Shown here: positions 51,246 to 63,381 of the stretch, in pieces | Layout of the letters: each line of letters starts with the position of its first letter | How positions within the stretch are numbered: the first letter of the stretch is position 1 | DNA from: Lama glama | Taxonomy: Eukaryota | DNA length: 64,000 bases | Direction of reading: 5' to 3' | Assembly (NCBI GenBank): GCA_028534125.1 | Contig: CM052832.1 | Span: 24,368,001 to 24,432,000 of the forward strand | Notes under the pieces: generated by a model | What the model saw: only the letters and a program-made list of their open reading frames with translations | What the model was told of the DNA's origin: nothing | Databases searched by the model: none | Program-made: the position numbers and the translations under genes

Positions 51246-52856
51246 AATATTGATTTCCTTACCAGAGAGAGAGAGAGATGGTAAATTCTTCTCAGGATCG
51301 TATCATCCCAAAGTCAAGGAGAGCTCCATCTGTACTTTGGAGCTTACCCCTCCTCCCAAGCATCCTACTCGTTTTTCCAGACCTTGAATCCTTCTGAATT
51401 GTGAGCAAATGGTGTTACAGAGCTTGGGGGAAGGGACTGAGTCCCTGCAGCCTTGTTGAAGCGCACAGCCTTTCAGGGACCACCCTGGAGTGAGGCAGGG
51501 GTCATGAGCAGCTCTTGTATCCACTGCTCTTCTCTGAACGAGTCCTCCTGCAGCCTTGGGAAAACCATGCCCTCTTTAAGCCCCGGCTTCTCCATCACCA
51601 TTTCATGACAAATGAAAGGGTGAGGGTAAGGGATGTCCCTAAGGTCCATCCTAGCTCCCAGATTCTGCAGTCATATGCATGGTAAAATAGGAAGCCCGAA
51701 CATACAAGACAGAATTTAGTGTTGTCATACAATGTAACTTACACAAGTGAGGTAATCAAACATACTGATCGTGACACATTGTGTTGATATTGTGCTCATG
51801 GTAATTGGGCATTAGTGGAAGCAGTTCTTGTAAATGCCTCTAATTTGTATCACTTTTACACAACTAAAATCATTTTTTATCATTATTCACTCCTGGATTT
51901 GCTTTCTAATGTCTGTGATCAGTGCAGTTTTCTTTCTCCCGATACAGTGTACGATAGGATACATACATGTGCGTGGATGTCACCTGCCTAGGATAGCAGG
52001 TCGATGTCCTGGCTCCAGCCTGGAACAGCTGGGCTGCCCCATATCTGCCTCTTCCAAGGCCCAAGGGTGAAGCATTATCTCTATCCCACTCTTCTTTGAC
52101 TCTTTTTATTGAGGGGTTCTTGTGAAGCACAACTGCTCCCTGTTGTCTTCTCACCAGGTTCAGACCTGGTCCCGTGGTCTCCCCTCTGCAAGGTCCTATC
52201 CCGGGAGAGGACCAGACGGGGAGACCCCTGGTTTGTGGATTCAGCATCCTTACCCCTTCCCACCAGATGCTGCTGCTGCTCGAGGAGTTGGTGCCTCTGG
52301 ATGCTGAAAATCCTGGCAGAGACACAGGGACCAATGGGGACTCCGTCTACATCCCTCATGCTGCGTGGTTGTGACTGAGAGGGAGCCCCTGGGGCACTGT
52401 TTGTGGGCATGCCCTGAATCACCATCTCTGAATCTTGCCTTGGGGTCCCCCGTCTCCCCTGTACTCCAGCCCGGTAGCTTCCTTCCCTTCGCTCTGCCTC
52501 TTCCAGGCCCGTCTCTGCCTGGCAGCCTGTTTGCCCTGCTCAGCATGTCTGGTGCCTCCCCTGCTTCTGGTTGAAGCCTCCCTGTTCTGTTGGGTTTTTG
52601 TCCTCTCCTGCCTCTCTAAACCTTGCCAGAGTGGGGATATTTGATTTGAAAATTTCAGACCTCTAAAGGAAGCCCGCGCCACACCCAGTGCTTTGTGAGA
52701 CCTGGTCCACCGTTTATGATGAGCTGGTGCCTCTCCCTCTGCTGGGTCCTTTCCTGTGGGAAATTTGTTTTATATTAGGCTCTGGCTGCCAGGGGCTCAG
52801 GGTTGTGTAAACTCAACTGTGGGGCTGTTAGAGGTTTCCCCATGAAAAATCCATTA

Positions 52857-52982
52857 TAGGCAGACCTCAGAGATACTGTGGATTCAGTTCCAGACAAAGA
52901 AAATTAAGGGAACATCACAATAAAGTGAGTCACACAAATTTTGGGGTTTCCCCGTGCATATCAAAGTTACGTCTACACTACT
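52857..52982 (+). mobile_element. Tigger1 left end (TcMar DNA transposon fragment)
   Basis: TA then taggcagacctcagagatactgtggattcagttccagac...caataaagtgagtcacacaaatttt...gtgcatatcaaagttacgtctacacta. Confidence 0.85.
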
Positions 52983-53199
52983 TACTACAGGATGGAGTGT
53001 GGGGACTGGAGGGCAGGTGGCACAGTGAGGAATGGCCCGGTATCTCTGGTCTTCCTGGACCAGGGGGATGGGAGGAGAGGAGAGGAGAGGAGGAGGGAAG
53101 GGCCTTGATGCTCTCAGGCAGGAAGAATCAGGGAAAAGAACTGTAGCAGAAAAGGACTACCCCCAAGCCTGCCTTTAGGGGGCGCCTGGCTCCATGGCC

Positions 53200-53316
53200 T
53201 GAGGCCACAAGCTTGGAGAACCTAAGAATCAGGCTCCTCCAGTTCCCAGTGATTCTAGGTAACTGGCCCTGAGCAGATGTGGCTGAGTCAACCCGGGGCC
53301 ACATTTGGGAACCACT
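53200..53316. mobile_element. MER5-type remnant
   Basis: gtgattctaggtaactggcc...ggggccacatttgggaaccactg resembles a MER5 end. Confidence 0.55.
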
Positions 53317-54414
53317 GTGTCCTTTCCGAGGGTAGTATGGCCTTTAAGAGAGCAATGTGCTAGCCACTTTATATTTATTGTCTCGTAATTATTGTTAACA
53401 TTACATTCCCTGATAATAATTCTTACTTTATACACGAGTCACCGAGGCTCAGTTACAGAGTTTTGGTCTGTATATGGTCATAGTGAAATATGAACCCAGC
53501 CTGCGATTTCAACGGATTTCCATCTCTATGGCAGGCCTGAACACGAAACAAGATAAGCTTTTAAAAATAGGGGAGTTACTTTATCCCATTTCCCAATTCA
53601 GAAGGTTGGCTGCTAGCCGACGCTGGAATTTCAGGGCAAGAAAAGCTTTTAATTCCTCAGTTAAAAAATCAAAAGGTTTAAACAAATATTTTTAGGAGGC
53701 AGAACAATGAACGGTGCACATTCACTTTGAAACAGTGTGATGTCTCACTGGTGTTAATGTTGACAGGGTTCAGATGGAGGAGACGTTCAGAGCAGAAACC
53801 CCTGTGGCCTCGGAGGAGGCACCTTAGGGGACCAGAGGGGAAGGAGCCCGTGACAGACTTTACCTCCTTCACGATTTGGAAGGGCTCTGCTCCGCCTTCC
53901 TCTAGGATCACAAAAAGAGCTGTTGGGGCGTGAGCTTTGCCACTTACACTTAGTTCACAAAGGACAGCTTAGCATGGGGGTTGATATTCGTTCCCTTGGC
54001 AGAAATTTCAAAAACTTTAAGATTTACGATTTGAGAATCCTCGCTCTGAAACGCAGGAGAATTTTCTCATAGAAACTGGTTCCGCTTGCCAAATAGATGC
54101 CGCTTGCAAAAAATCTCCTAGTTGTATTTCTCCTCTGAGTTATTGAAACAAATAGATTTAAAGTGCCTGGCTGGCTCACGGAGTGCATCCTGTTAGAAGG
54201 TCAGAACGGAAAAAGATGGGTGTTAGAAGTGTTACTGGAAGAATAAACTCGCAGGCCCCCTGGGGCGGCTCTGGGTCCTTCCTCTCATCCAGTACCTGTG
54301 GGCACGTTGGTTTTTTTCTCATTCTTGGTATAATATCAGTTATGGCACTGAGTAATTTGCTCTAGGTGCTCATCAGAGTGAGGATGTTAATAGCAACATT
54401 AAGAATTTCATTTT

Positions 54415-54524
54415 GTAATAACCGTTAATGAAAAAGCTGAAAATGTGTGTATACATGCATGACTGGGACATTGTGCTGTGCCTCAGAGATTGACACTTTG
54501 TAACTGACTCTGCTTCAATTTTAA
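54415..54524 (+). mobile_element. Short young L1 3' end
   Basis: gtaataaccgttaatgaaaaa...gcatgactgggacattgtgctgtg...tgtaactgactctgcttcaatt; near-TSD aagaatttcatttt (54401-54414) / aaaattttcatttt (54525-54538). Confidence 0.85.
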
Positions 54525-56854
54525 AAAATTTTCATTTTTAGTTTTAGCATGTTGATGGGGGTTTTCCTTTTTTTCCCCCTTTTCCTCTTTTTTTTTTTTT
54601 TTTTTGACTATTCGTAATAATTTCAGGAACAAGCCCGGCTTTGTTACATTTCCTTCATCTTACCTCACCTGGCCTGGATAACATGCCTTCCAAATTGTAT
54701 CGAGACTTTGCCGGGAGACAGCTAAGCAGCAGGCCCTAACAGCTGGGCCATTTTCTAAGAATCAAAGGACGCGACTTCAGTTTCCAGGCCTGGCTTTGGC
54801 CCGCTTGGTGAGAACTGACATTTTACCCGGCGCAGCCTGTGCGCTTGGGGTGATTCAAGTTGCTGCCTGATTCAAAACTTAGAGGTGATTAAACTTGTGT
54901 TTTGAGGCCTTTTCTTTCACTCATTTATTCAGACAAACATTTATTATTGAATGAATTGGATTTAAAAACACTACACAGACATAAAACATTGGCAGCTTGT
55001 AGATAGCTATTTTGAAAATTTACTCTCCTAAAGGAATTTCATTACCAAATCCTCGTGAATCTTGAACCTCAAGGAGAATAATCCTTGCCTTTGTCGGAGT
55101 GTTAAATATAGACTAATCAGACAATAGTGAAGCATTCTGTTCAAAGCATTCCTTTTAGGCTACCCATTTATTATACTCTGCTCTTAAGAGATGAATTTGA
55201 TTAGCGTTGAACATTCAGTCAGTGTTTTTGCATAGCTAATACCAGGGAGAAATTTTCAAAAAGTTGTGCCTGCTATTTAATAATATCCTGTAGTCAATTT
55301 TTAATTATCTGTGTTGATGGAATATAATCAGTGATGTGTAGACTCCAAAATCATTTCCTCTGGCTTTGGGAAGCATTGTTAAGTATCCTGCTTTTATTTA
55401 CCTTCCATGGTGGTTTTGTCCAGACAAGGATTAAAATTATGTCAGACTCTGGGTGCCCACAAATCATCCTAGGAAGGAAGGAGGGAATGGTTTAAAGGTA
55501 TCTTGGTTGTTGGGGGAAGGTCAGCTAGAATTTTAAAAATTATTACAGAGAGTCCACAGAATGGAACAACCCAAGATGATTCGCCTGGTTTATTAAAATA
55601 GAAAATAATGGCCAATCATTCACTACTGTTGCATAAGAAAAAAAAGCACAATAAATAAACCACTTACACAATTTCCATGTACGTATATTATTGTTTCCCA
55701 GTTTTCCATTTTGAAATTTTCTGAAAGCGAGTCTGCGTAAGTCACGCCCCAGGGACGCTGCCGCAATTAACGCCGTCAGATTTGCGATCTCCAGAATGTG
55801 CCGCTGTGCATCTTACTAGTCCTGCGAGGAGGCCTGTTGGAGAAACAGAAGGGCTGGTGTCCTGACCTATGAATGTTTCTAAATGATGTCCCTGTTACTT
55901 GTATTAGCTGTTTCTGTTTATTATTAAAAAGACCTCTTTCCTTCCTGTTCATTCTGGTTAAGCTTGTTTTTATGGGCAGCAATTACAGAAGGACATTTTT
56001 GGAAGGTTTATCTTGAGTAGCGGCCTCTTGGGTTTTGGAAGTCTTCTCAGCCTGCTCTAGAGCCTGCCATCTTCAGCCCTCCTCCCATATTTAGGCCTCT
56101 CGGTTTGGTCCATTCACCTGAGAGATTGGTGGGATTGCTTGGCTCACGCCTTGGAAGTCAGTAACGGCCAGCTCTCCAGGGTGAGATGAGGGGTGACTGC
56201 TAGGTGTGGAGGTGCTGATGCCTGGGGAAAGAAAACCATCTCTGGCTGCCTCCTTCGGTGCGGGGCCAGCCCTTGGTAAGTCAGGAGGAAGAGCTCCATT
56301 GACGTGGTCTGTGGGGCAGTGGGATCTGATTGACATCACTGGGCTTCAGCAAGTTGGCAGCTGCCCTTAACCTCTCTTCCTGGCTTGCCTGCCTGCCACT
56401 CACTCAGAGCGTCATCTAACCCGCTCCCTTGCAGGTGACCACGTTGGACTGCTGTTCCAGTGTACCCCAACACCTCATCTCCCCAGCTGGACACCAAGCA
56501 AGGGAGAGCCTTGGGAGGGGTGAGGCATGGCGCTTTGACAAAGGCCAGTTTCTAAATTCGGTCTTGCCAGCCAGTCAACATTGCAGACCAGTGTCAGTCT
56601 GCAGCCACCATGTGCCCTCCCTCAGAGCTGACCTCAGCACATTTATGAAACAGATTCTGTCACTGGGTCCTAGGTGGTCCTTTCTCCTGTCCCTCCCCCC
56701 CCCCCCATTCTCCATCTTTGCTGATCTTCTCATCATTTCCACATCAGGAAGCCAGCATCCTCATGTTGTCCTCCCTTGTCCCTCTGTTATGACCTGCTCT
56801 GCGGAAAAAAAAAAAAAATGGAGGGTCTGAATGTCTGCTATGCGTGTGGTCTGG

Positions 56855-57040
56855 GCCATGTACTTTGATGTACGTAATTGAACAGTTTCCGCCAACCTTC
56901 TGAGACAGGTGTTTGTCTCATTCCACAGCTGATGCACTTGCGAGTCAAGCCCATAAATACCTTGCCAAAGTCACGGAGCTGGAAAGTGGTAAAGCTAGGA
57001 TTAACACTCAGCTTTGATTCAAAACCTGTTCTCTTTCCAT
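56855..57040 (-). mobile_element. MIR SINE
   Basis: ccttgccaaagtcacggagctggaaagtggtaaagctaggattaacactcagctttgattcaaaacctg. Confidence 0.7.
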
Positions 57041-57559
57041 ACGTGTTTGCCTGTGTTTCTTTTCTTTTCCTTTTTGATATCTGGGTATTCTGCTTCCAAG
57101 ATAGTGTATTATTCTGAAATTTAAAGAGAAGGAATCCATAAATCAAAGGAAAGGCTCTAATTATGGAATTTCAGGTATCCCTGAGTTGTTGGAGGGCTGG
57201 GATCTCAAAACCACACCCCACTGGCAACCAGCCCCTGCAGGGTGTGACAAGCTATGTAACACGCATCAAAACACCGTTCTTAATTGACTCTGCTTCTTTT
57301 ACTTAATCCTAGACTGGTTGCTTCTATTTCCAGCACAGTTTAGAACTCAGCTGCTTCTCTTTGCTGTCCCTGGCCAGGGATGTGTGCTTTTCTGGTTTTC
57401 TAATAAAACTTTAACCTACGTTGGGAGCCCAAATATTTTACTTTCAGCCTTCTCTCTCAGAATGAATTTGGCAGCACTACGTTTAGGAAGATGCTTTACC
57501 TTACATTGAAAATAGCTTTGTGCTGCTTATGTGCAGGCCTGCAGTATCTTTGAACGTGA

Positions 57560-58100
57560 GAGACGTTCTTGCCAAAGAAACGCTTTCTTGCCCTGCCGCG
57601 GTGACTGTGAGCAGCACGCCCGGCGGGGCTGAGGGCCGTGGGTGGGCACCTCCATCTTCTACCTTGCAGACATCGCCACTGACGAAGTTCCCTTACAAAT
57701 CCCGAAGGAATTTTCCTCCCTCCACCAGAGGTGTTTATAACCTCTAATTTGCTCACCATGCCTCTTGTAGAAAGGAGCTCAAGCCGCTGGCAGGCAGCCA
57801 CCGAGCCTCTGTGGGTTGGTGTCCCAGAACGGTGGCGCTCCCCCCAGGGTGCGGGGACGCAGATGGGGAGCAGGAGAGATGCAGGTTGGAGCCGTGGCCC
57901 TGCTCCCTGGACGTGCAGCTCTTCGGCCAGTGGGCCAGCCAATCAGGGAGCGGGGAGGCGGCCGCGTGGCAGTAAGTCAAGGCGAGGAGTAGCCGGGATG
58001 AACGTGTGCTTGGGTGGGCCAGCTTGCAGCGACAGCTCCTTTGCAAGATCTTATCGTAAACGCTTAGCTCTTTGTACTCTGCCTGGCTTCAGAGGGCCGA
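57560..58100. promoter_or_regulatory. Small CpG-rich patch, candidate promoter or enhancer
   Basis: Locally high GC and CpG; gccaatcag CCAAT box at 57938-57946, GC-box-like ggggaggcgg at 57952-57961, NotI site at 57958-57965. Confidence 0.4.
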
Positions 58101-59984
58101 GCCCTTGCTGAAGATTTGCCCTCATACCTCTTTTGCCTTTGGGAAAGGGCTGACCTTTGTGGCCGCTGTAGTATTTGATGTCACCTCCACCAGGTGCTTT
58201 GGGCATGACCTCATTTCCCATAGGAGTTTAAAGGGCTGGGGGAAGGACTAATTAGTCCTCATTAAGCACTTACAACGAAGTACAGTCATTCTCCTGAAAA
58301 GATAATCTAGTCGCTGAATAGAAAGCCAGACACACTTTTAACATAACATCAGAATACAAAGTCATTTTAAATAAAAGCTTTTTGTAGTTGTGGGAAATGA
58401 CTGTTTTAATAGGGTCTTTACATATCAGTGTGACAAAGGGATCCTTTAAAATGTGATGATTTTAGTATTTTTGCCGGTCTTGAAAGCTGTCTCATAATCT
58501 GGAGTTTCACCTGAGGTTATAGACGAATTTTTTTTTTTCCTTCTCGTATTTTTGGGCATCCAGCACTAAATATCAAAATAGGATTGTTTTGATGGGAGTC
58601 AGAGAGCTTTCTTGATCAAGAAGGAAAGACTGGTTCTCTTAACCCTGTCTGGCTAGGTTCCAGCTCACTGGCCTAAAAAGAGACAGCATCACCAGTGTGA
58701 TTAAAATAAGGCCCCTTGGCCCTGCTTAATTAAAACAGTGTGAGAATCTAATAAGAAGCATAAGACCTCGCTAATAGACAACAAAAACTCTCAAACAGGT
58801 GATTAAGGCAGTGACAACATTCACTTGCTTGCTTTACTTTTTATCACATCTGGTTGTTCAGAGACACCCCTTGGGTGGGTGAGGGCGACCACCTCCTCCT
58901 CCTCCCCTCACTGTCTGCTTTTCACACATCTCCCTGCTTGCTGGGGCTAACCAGTAAGACCAGAATGCAGAAAGAATGCGAGAACATGGTCAAGGTCATT
59001 TAAAATTCAGTTCGTGGTTACCGCCAATAAAAATGGCTGTGGGGAAGAAAGCTGAAACTCTTGACAATATTGGCCCACACTGACCATGTTTCACAGACCG
59101 TTGCCCTGGTCTCTGGTCCTGTTAGTCGAGGAAGGCAGACCAGTTCCTCTCCTGATCACCTTCAGGGTCTCCTATGGGTTGTCCTGCCCCTTGTTACCAT
59201 TTTGCTCCAAAGAGAGTCTGTTCTTTATAATTCCTTGCCTTTTCTCCTGCCCTTTATTGGCTGACTCTACACTCGGACTCAGCCTGGTTTGTAGATCCAC
59301 ATGGAGGGGAGATGTCGAATAGGATGATGTGGACCTCAAACTTGGAGCCAAAGGTTCAGTAGCTTCCAGCTTTGACCTTGGTCTTTTGGAGAGGGAAAAA
59401 GCCTTTTCCTCTTAGCCTGGCAAAACTGAATTACAAAGTTTTTGTGGTTTTTTTTGTTTTTTGGCTGTTCTAAAATAAAAGTTAAAAAGGCTTTTCTTCA
59501 TCTGTTTCAATTATCTATCCCTCTGTTTCTCCGTCATATTGAAGGAAATTAAGAATTCTCTCAATTTGCCGTAGTTTTGTGTAGTTTAAGTCTATACATG
59601 ACTTCCTGTTCCAGGTGGGCAGTTGTGGTTCCTGGGGTCCTTAGTATTCTAGAACATTCTTTGACATCTTTGTAGCCACCTTGCTTAAGAATTGAGTGAC
59701 TGGGAAATAAAGCCATGTAGCGTCTTCAAATCGTTTATCTTCAGTCCAATCTAAGTGGTTAGTTACTGCCACACTTGAAGGTAGAAAAATAAACATACCT
59801 TAGGAAGTAGTTCTCATTTGTTACGCTTAGTGAGGAGCAAAGAATAAACTCATCAATGTGAGGGAGATGTGTAAGATTTTTTTTTTAATGGTTATCCATG
59901 ATGTGGGCCTATGAAATAAAAATGCCAGCTTTAGATCACACAGATTGCCTTGATTTTAAAATGATTTAACAATTTAAAAAATGA

Positions 59985-60920
59985 TGGGGTGCACTGCTGG
60001 TCAGAGTATAGATTGGCACAGCCCTTTTGGGAGATACTTTGGCAGTATTATGCAATCCCCTGTGAACCAGTCAGTCCATCCCTAGGCGGTACCCTAGAGA
60101 AACTTTGCTTACGTGTATTGTTTCTAGTAAAAATAAGTTAATATAAATAACACTATAAACGCAAATTAAAAAAAAATCCTCTAAAAAAAACCCAAAACAT
60201 AAATACAAAACAGAAACAGACTCATAGAGATAGAAAACAAACTTGTGGTTGCCAAGGGGGCAGGGGGTGGGAAGGGACAGACCAGGATTTCAAAACGTAG
60301 ACTAGATAAACAAGATTGTACTGTATAGCACAGGGAAATATATACAAGATCTTATGGTAGCTCACAGCGAAAAAAATGTGACAATGAATATACATATGTT
60401 CACGTATAACTGAAAAATTGTGCTCTACACTGGTATTTGACACAACATTGTAAAATGACTATAACTCAATTAAAAAGTGTTTAAAAAAAAAAAAGCCCAT
60501 TAGTAGAAGAACACTAAAATTTTCACACAAGGAACTATTATGCAGCAATGAAAATGAATTAACTACAGCTGCTGGCAACAACGTAGTTAAATGTTAGAAG
60601 CAATATTGTGTGGGAAAAAAAAAACTAGCCACAGAACACTACATACAATCAGAAAGAATTATTTGTAAAGTTCAAAATCAAGCAAAATTAAGCGACGTAG
60701 GGAATGATACATACAAAATTCAGGACTATGTTTACCTCTGGAGAAGAGGTGGGGGAGAGCTTAGGGAAGTAGAAAGTTAGGTAGATACGTCAATCAATAT
60801 TGGTAATGTCTTAAATGAAAGATGGTAGATTTATGGGTGTTCATTTTATTGTTGTGCTTCAAGGTTATATACATGTTGCATGCATTCTTTGGTAGGTTTC
60901 AAATTTTGCATAATACAAAT
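59985..60920 (+). mobile_element. Old L1M 3' region interrupted by a younger L1
   Basis: cactgctggtcagagtatagattggcacagcccttttggga...ggaactattatgcagcaatgaaaatgaattaactacagct...gggtgttcattttattgtt. Confidence 0.7.
60195..60494 (+). mobile_element. Young L1 3'UTR with poly(A)
   Basis: acaaaacagaaacagactcatagagatagaaaacaaacttgtggttgccaagggg...gactataactcaattaaaaagtgtt plus A run. Confidence 0.9.
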
Positions 60921-60939
60921 AAAATTTTTTGGATTGAAC

Positions 60940-61206
60940 ATTTTTTCCAGTTTTATTGAGATATAGTTGACATCCAGCACTATATAAGTTTAGGGTGTAC
61001 AGCATAATGATTTGACTTACGTAGGCTGTGAAATGATTACCACAATAAGTTTAGTTAACATCCAGCATGTCATACAGATGCAAAAAAGAAAAGGAGAAAA
61101 AAATGATCTTTTTCCTTGTGATGAGAACTCTCAGGATTTACTCTCTTAACAACTTTCATCTATGTCATACAGCAATGTTTGCTGTAGTCAGCACGGTGTA
61201 CATTAT
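60940..61206 (-). mobile_element. L1MA-type 3' end
   Basis: ttttattgagatatagttgaca...gaaatgattaccacaataagtttagttaacatcc...ccttgtgatgagaactctcaggatttactctcttaacaactttca. Confidence 0.85.
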
Positions 61207-62324
61207 TACACTTGTAAAATGCAAATGATTTAAGGTGATAACGTAAACCAGGCTTTTCCCTTTGGTGCGCCCATGTTTTACCAATTTCATATCATAGTCC
61301 CTTTTCATGGTCCCCAGTGTCATGACATCACAGAGAAGTGCTTAGAAGATGTGGTACAGCAGGGAGAGCCCTGGGGTCGTTTGGGTGGCTGAAGATAGAG
61401 GCGAGGCTGACAGTAACCCCTCAGTGGAATCAAGCAGGAGACACAGAAGCCCTCTGTACTCCTCTTCCTACGGAATGCCTGGAAGGTCTTGGGGGAAGGA
61501 GAAAGGAGAGCCCATCGAGGCTTGGCATGATCTCTTGGAAAATCCATTATTTCTTGTCCTGACAGTGATGAATAGTTCCAAATGAGGACGATCAGCCTGG
61601 ATAGCATACTGTGAGGAACTTGTTCCTTCTCTACCCACGGTTCTCTTCTGAGCAGAACCTAGCCCTTTGAGGGAGGCAGGATTTGGCATTTGTGTGATGA
61701 CGTCCCAGGTTACGCAGCCAGGCAAATTGTCACAGGCTCCAAGGCTCAGTCTTGAAAAATTAAAAGCGGGTATGTGAGAAATTGGTCCATGTGGGAATAA
61801 GAATGACGATGCAAGTGGGAAGTGGACGCCGGGACTGGTGTGGTGTTTCTCCAAGGAGCGAAGTTCTCTCCCGCTGAGATGCATCATCGCGGAAGGGCCG
61901 GCCGGTCCTGGGAGCTCGTGGGAGCGGAGGGCAGACCTCTCCAAGGAATCATCAGCTGATTCTTAAGCAACTGAAGAGAGTGACGTGTGCCATGCTGGGG
62001 TGGTGGAGGCTGAGTCTTACTCTCAATTTCCATTAAATGAGTGTGGGGAGTCAATGCCTAACTGAGCGTTTGTCCTGAGAACACCCAGGGGCCCCTGGGT
62101 CGCTTGGTCTTTTTCAGAAGAATTCTCAGACAGGAAAATGTGCAGAATGTCTATTTACTAAAATAGTTTCAACATCTTTTATGTAACGCTGATGCATCTG
62201 GAAGTGAAAATGCTAAGAGTTTCATTTCACTAAAAATGGAATTTTTTTTTTTTTACTTTGACCTTTAACTTCAGATCACGATTAGTGACATTTTCAGTGT
62301 AAGTCTTAAGAGTATCAAAGCATG

Positions 62325-62575
62325 TGTGTTCATTGACACGTTGGACCAGTATTTGCTGAGCATATTTACGTGCAAAGGACTGTGCAGGTTGTTATGAAAA
62401 ATGACTCTCAGTATCTCACCGTCTAGAGAGGGAAACAGATCATTCATTACATGACAGGACAAATACAATAGATGTGGAAGCCTGTCACAGAGGAGGTGAC
62501 ATCTGAGCTGAATCTGAAAGGAAGGGTAACATTTGAGTGAGTAAGAAGGGCATTCCCAATTGAGGGACCAACGTA
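62325..62575 (-). mobile_element. L2 3' fragment
   Basis: cagtatttgctgagcatatttacgtgcaaaggactgtgc...gaggaggtgacatctgagctgaatctgaaagga. Confidence 0.75.
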
Positions 62576-63264
62576 AAAAAAATGGCATTTTGCCCTGTAA
62601 ATTTCTAAAGTTTCATTGGATATTATGACACAAACATCATGGTAATGAAATGACTAGGAAATTCAGATAAAAATATCTAAATAAATTAAGACTTTTTTGG
62701 CTAAATTTGTTTGCCCTACCTTTTCATCTTAATTATATTGCAAAGAACAATATGTTTGCATTATGTTAAACTGGCTAAGAGGTGTGGCCAATGATAGAAT
62801 TCTAATTCAGTTTAAAAGTAGTTCAAAACCCTAGTGGAAATACAATTAAGAATTTAGCATTTTTTATAATATTTCCCCTCTGTAACTCTCGTACTTCTCA
62901 GAAAATGGTGTTAAGTCCCAAATAGAAATCTGTCTTGTTTTATCATTTATCACAGAGATAAAGATGAGTTGAGAATAGAAATCTCAAAATGCAATGATAG
63001 GACCTTACATTTCCATAGTGCACAGTCTATAAAGTACTGTAGTATTTGTTATTTAAATTGAGCCATATACCACAGAAGGAGCAATATAAAACTAAATTAC
63101 AAGTTTGCTTTTCAGAATAAGCTGTTACCAGTACATTCTGCTCCACTGTGTACTGGTAGCACTTGTAAACAATTCATTCCTACATTATTTTTTCCCGAAA
63201 AACCTGTTGCAAAATTGTCTTTCTTCTTTTCCACCTCTTTGCATAGTCTATTTCATTAAATTTT

Positions 63265-63381
63265 TTCTGACAGGTAATTAGGTTTCTACATGGATTTCCC
63301 TTGGAGGAGGTACTGGGGATTGAACCCAGGACCTCTTGCATGCTGAGCATGCAGTCTACCACTTGAGCTATACCCTTCCCC
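63265..63381 (-). mobile_element. Camelid Vic-1-type tRNA-Ala-derived SINE
   Basis: Minus strand GGGGAAGGGTATAGCTCAAGTGGTAGACTGCATGCTCAGCATGCAAGAGGTCCTGGGTTCAATCCCCAGTACCTCC...AAACCTAATTACC with A and B boxes; perfect 17-bp TSD ctatttcattaaatttt at 63248-63264 and 63382-63398. Confidence 0.9.

Noticed and set aside
51834..52682. Dense overlapping ORFs up to 142 aa on both strands
   Set aside because: Expected in locally GC-rich sequence with few stops; no recognisable domain or splice structure; may be the decayed 5' part of the neighbouring old L1
57496..58111. ORFs of 126-148 aa in the CpG-rich patch
   Set aside because: Low-complexity Arg/Gly/Pro/Ser content typical of GC-rich non-coding DNA; several start at non-ATG codons
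61320..61944. Longest ORF in the window (158 aa, minus strand)
   Set aside because: Non-ATG start, no recognisable family, length within chance range for 64 kb in six frames
63290..63381. tRNA-Ala(AGC)-like gene on the minus strand
   Set aside because: Has a TSD and SINE-specific 3' extension, and the acceptor and anticodon stems are imperfect; it is a SINE, not a tRNA gene
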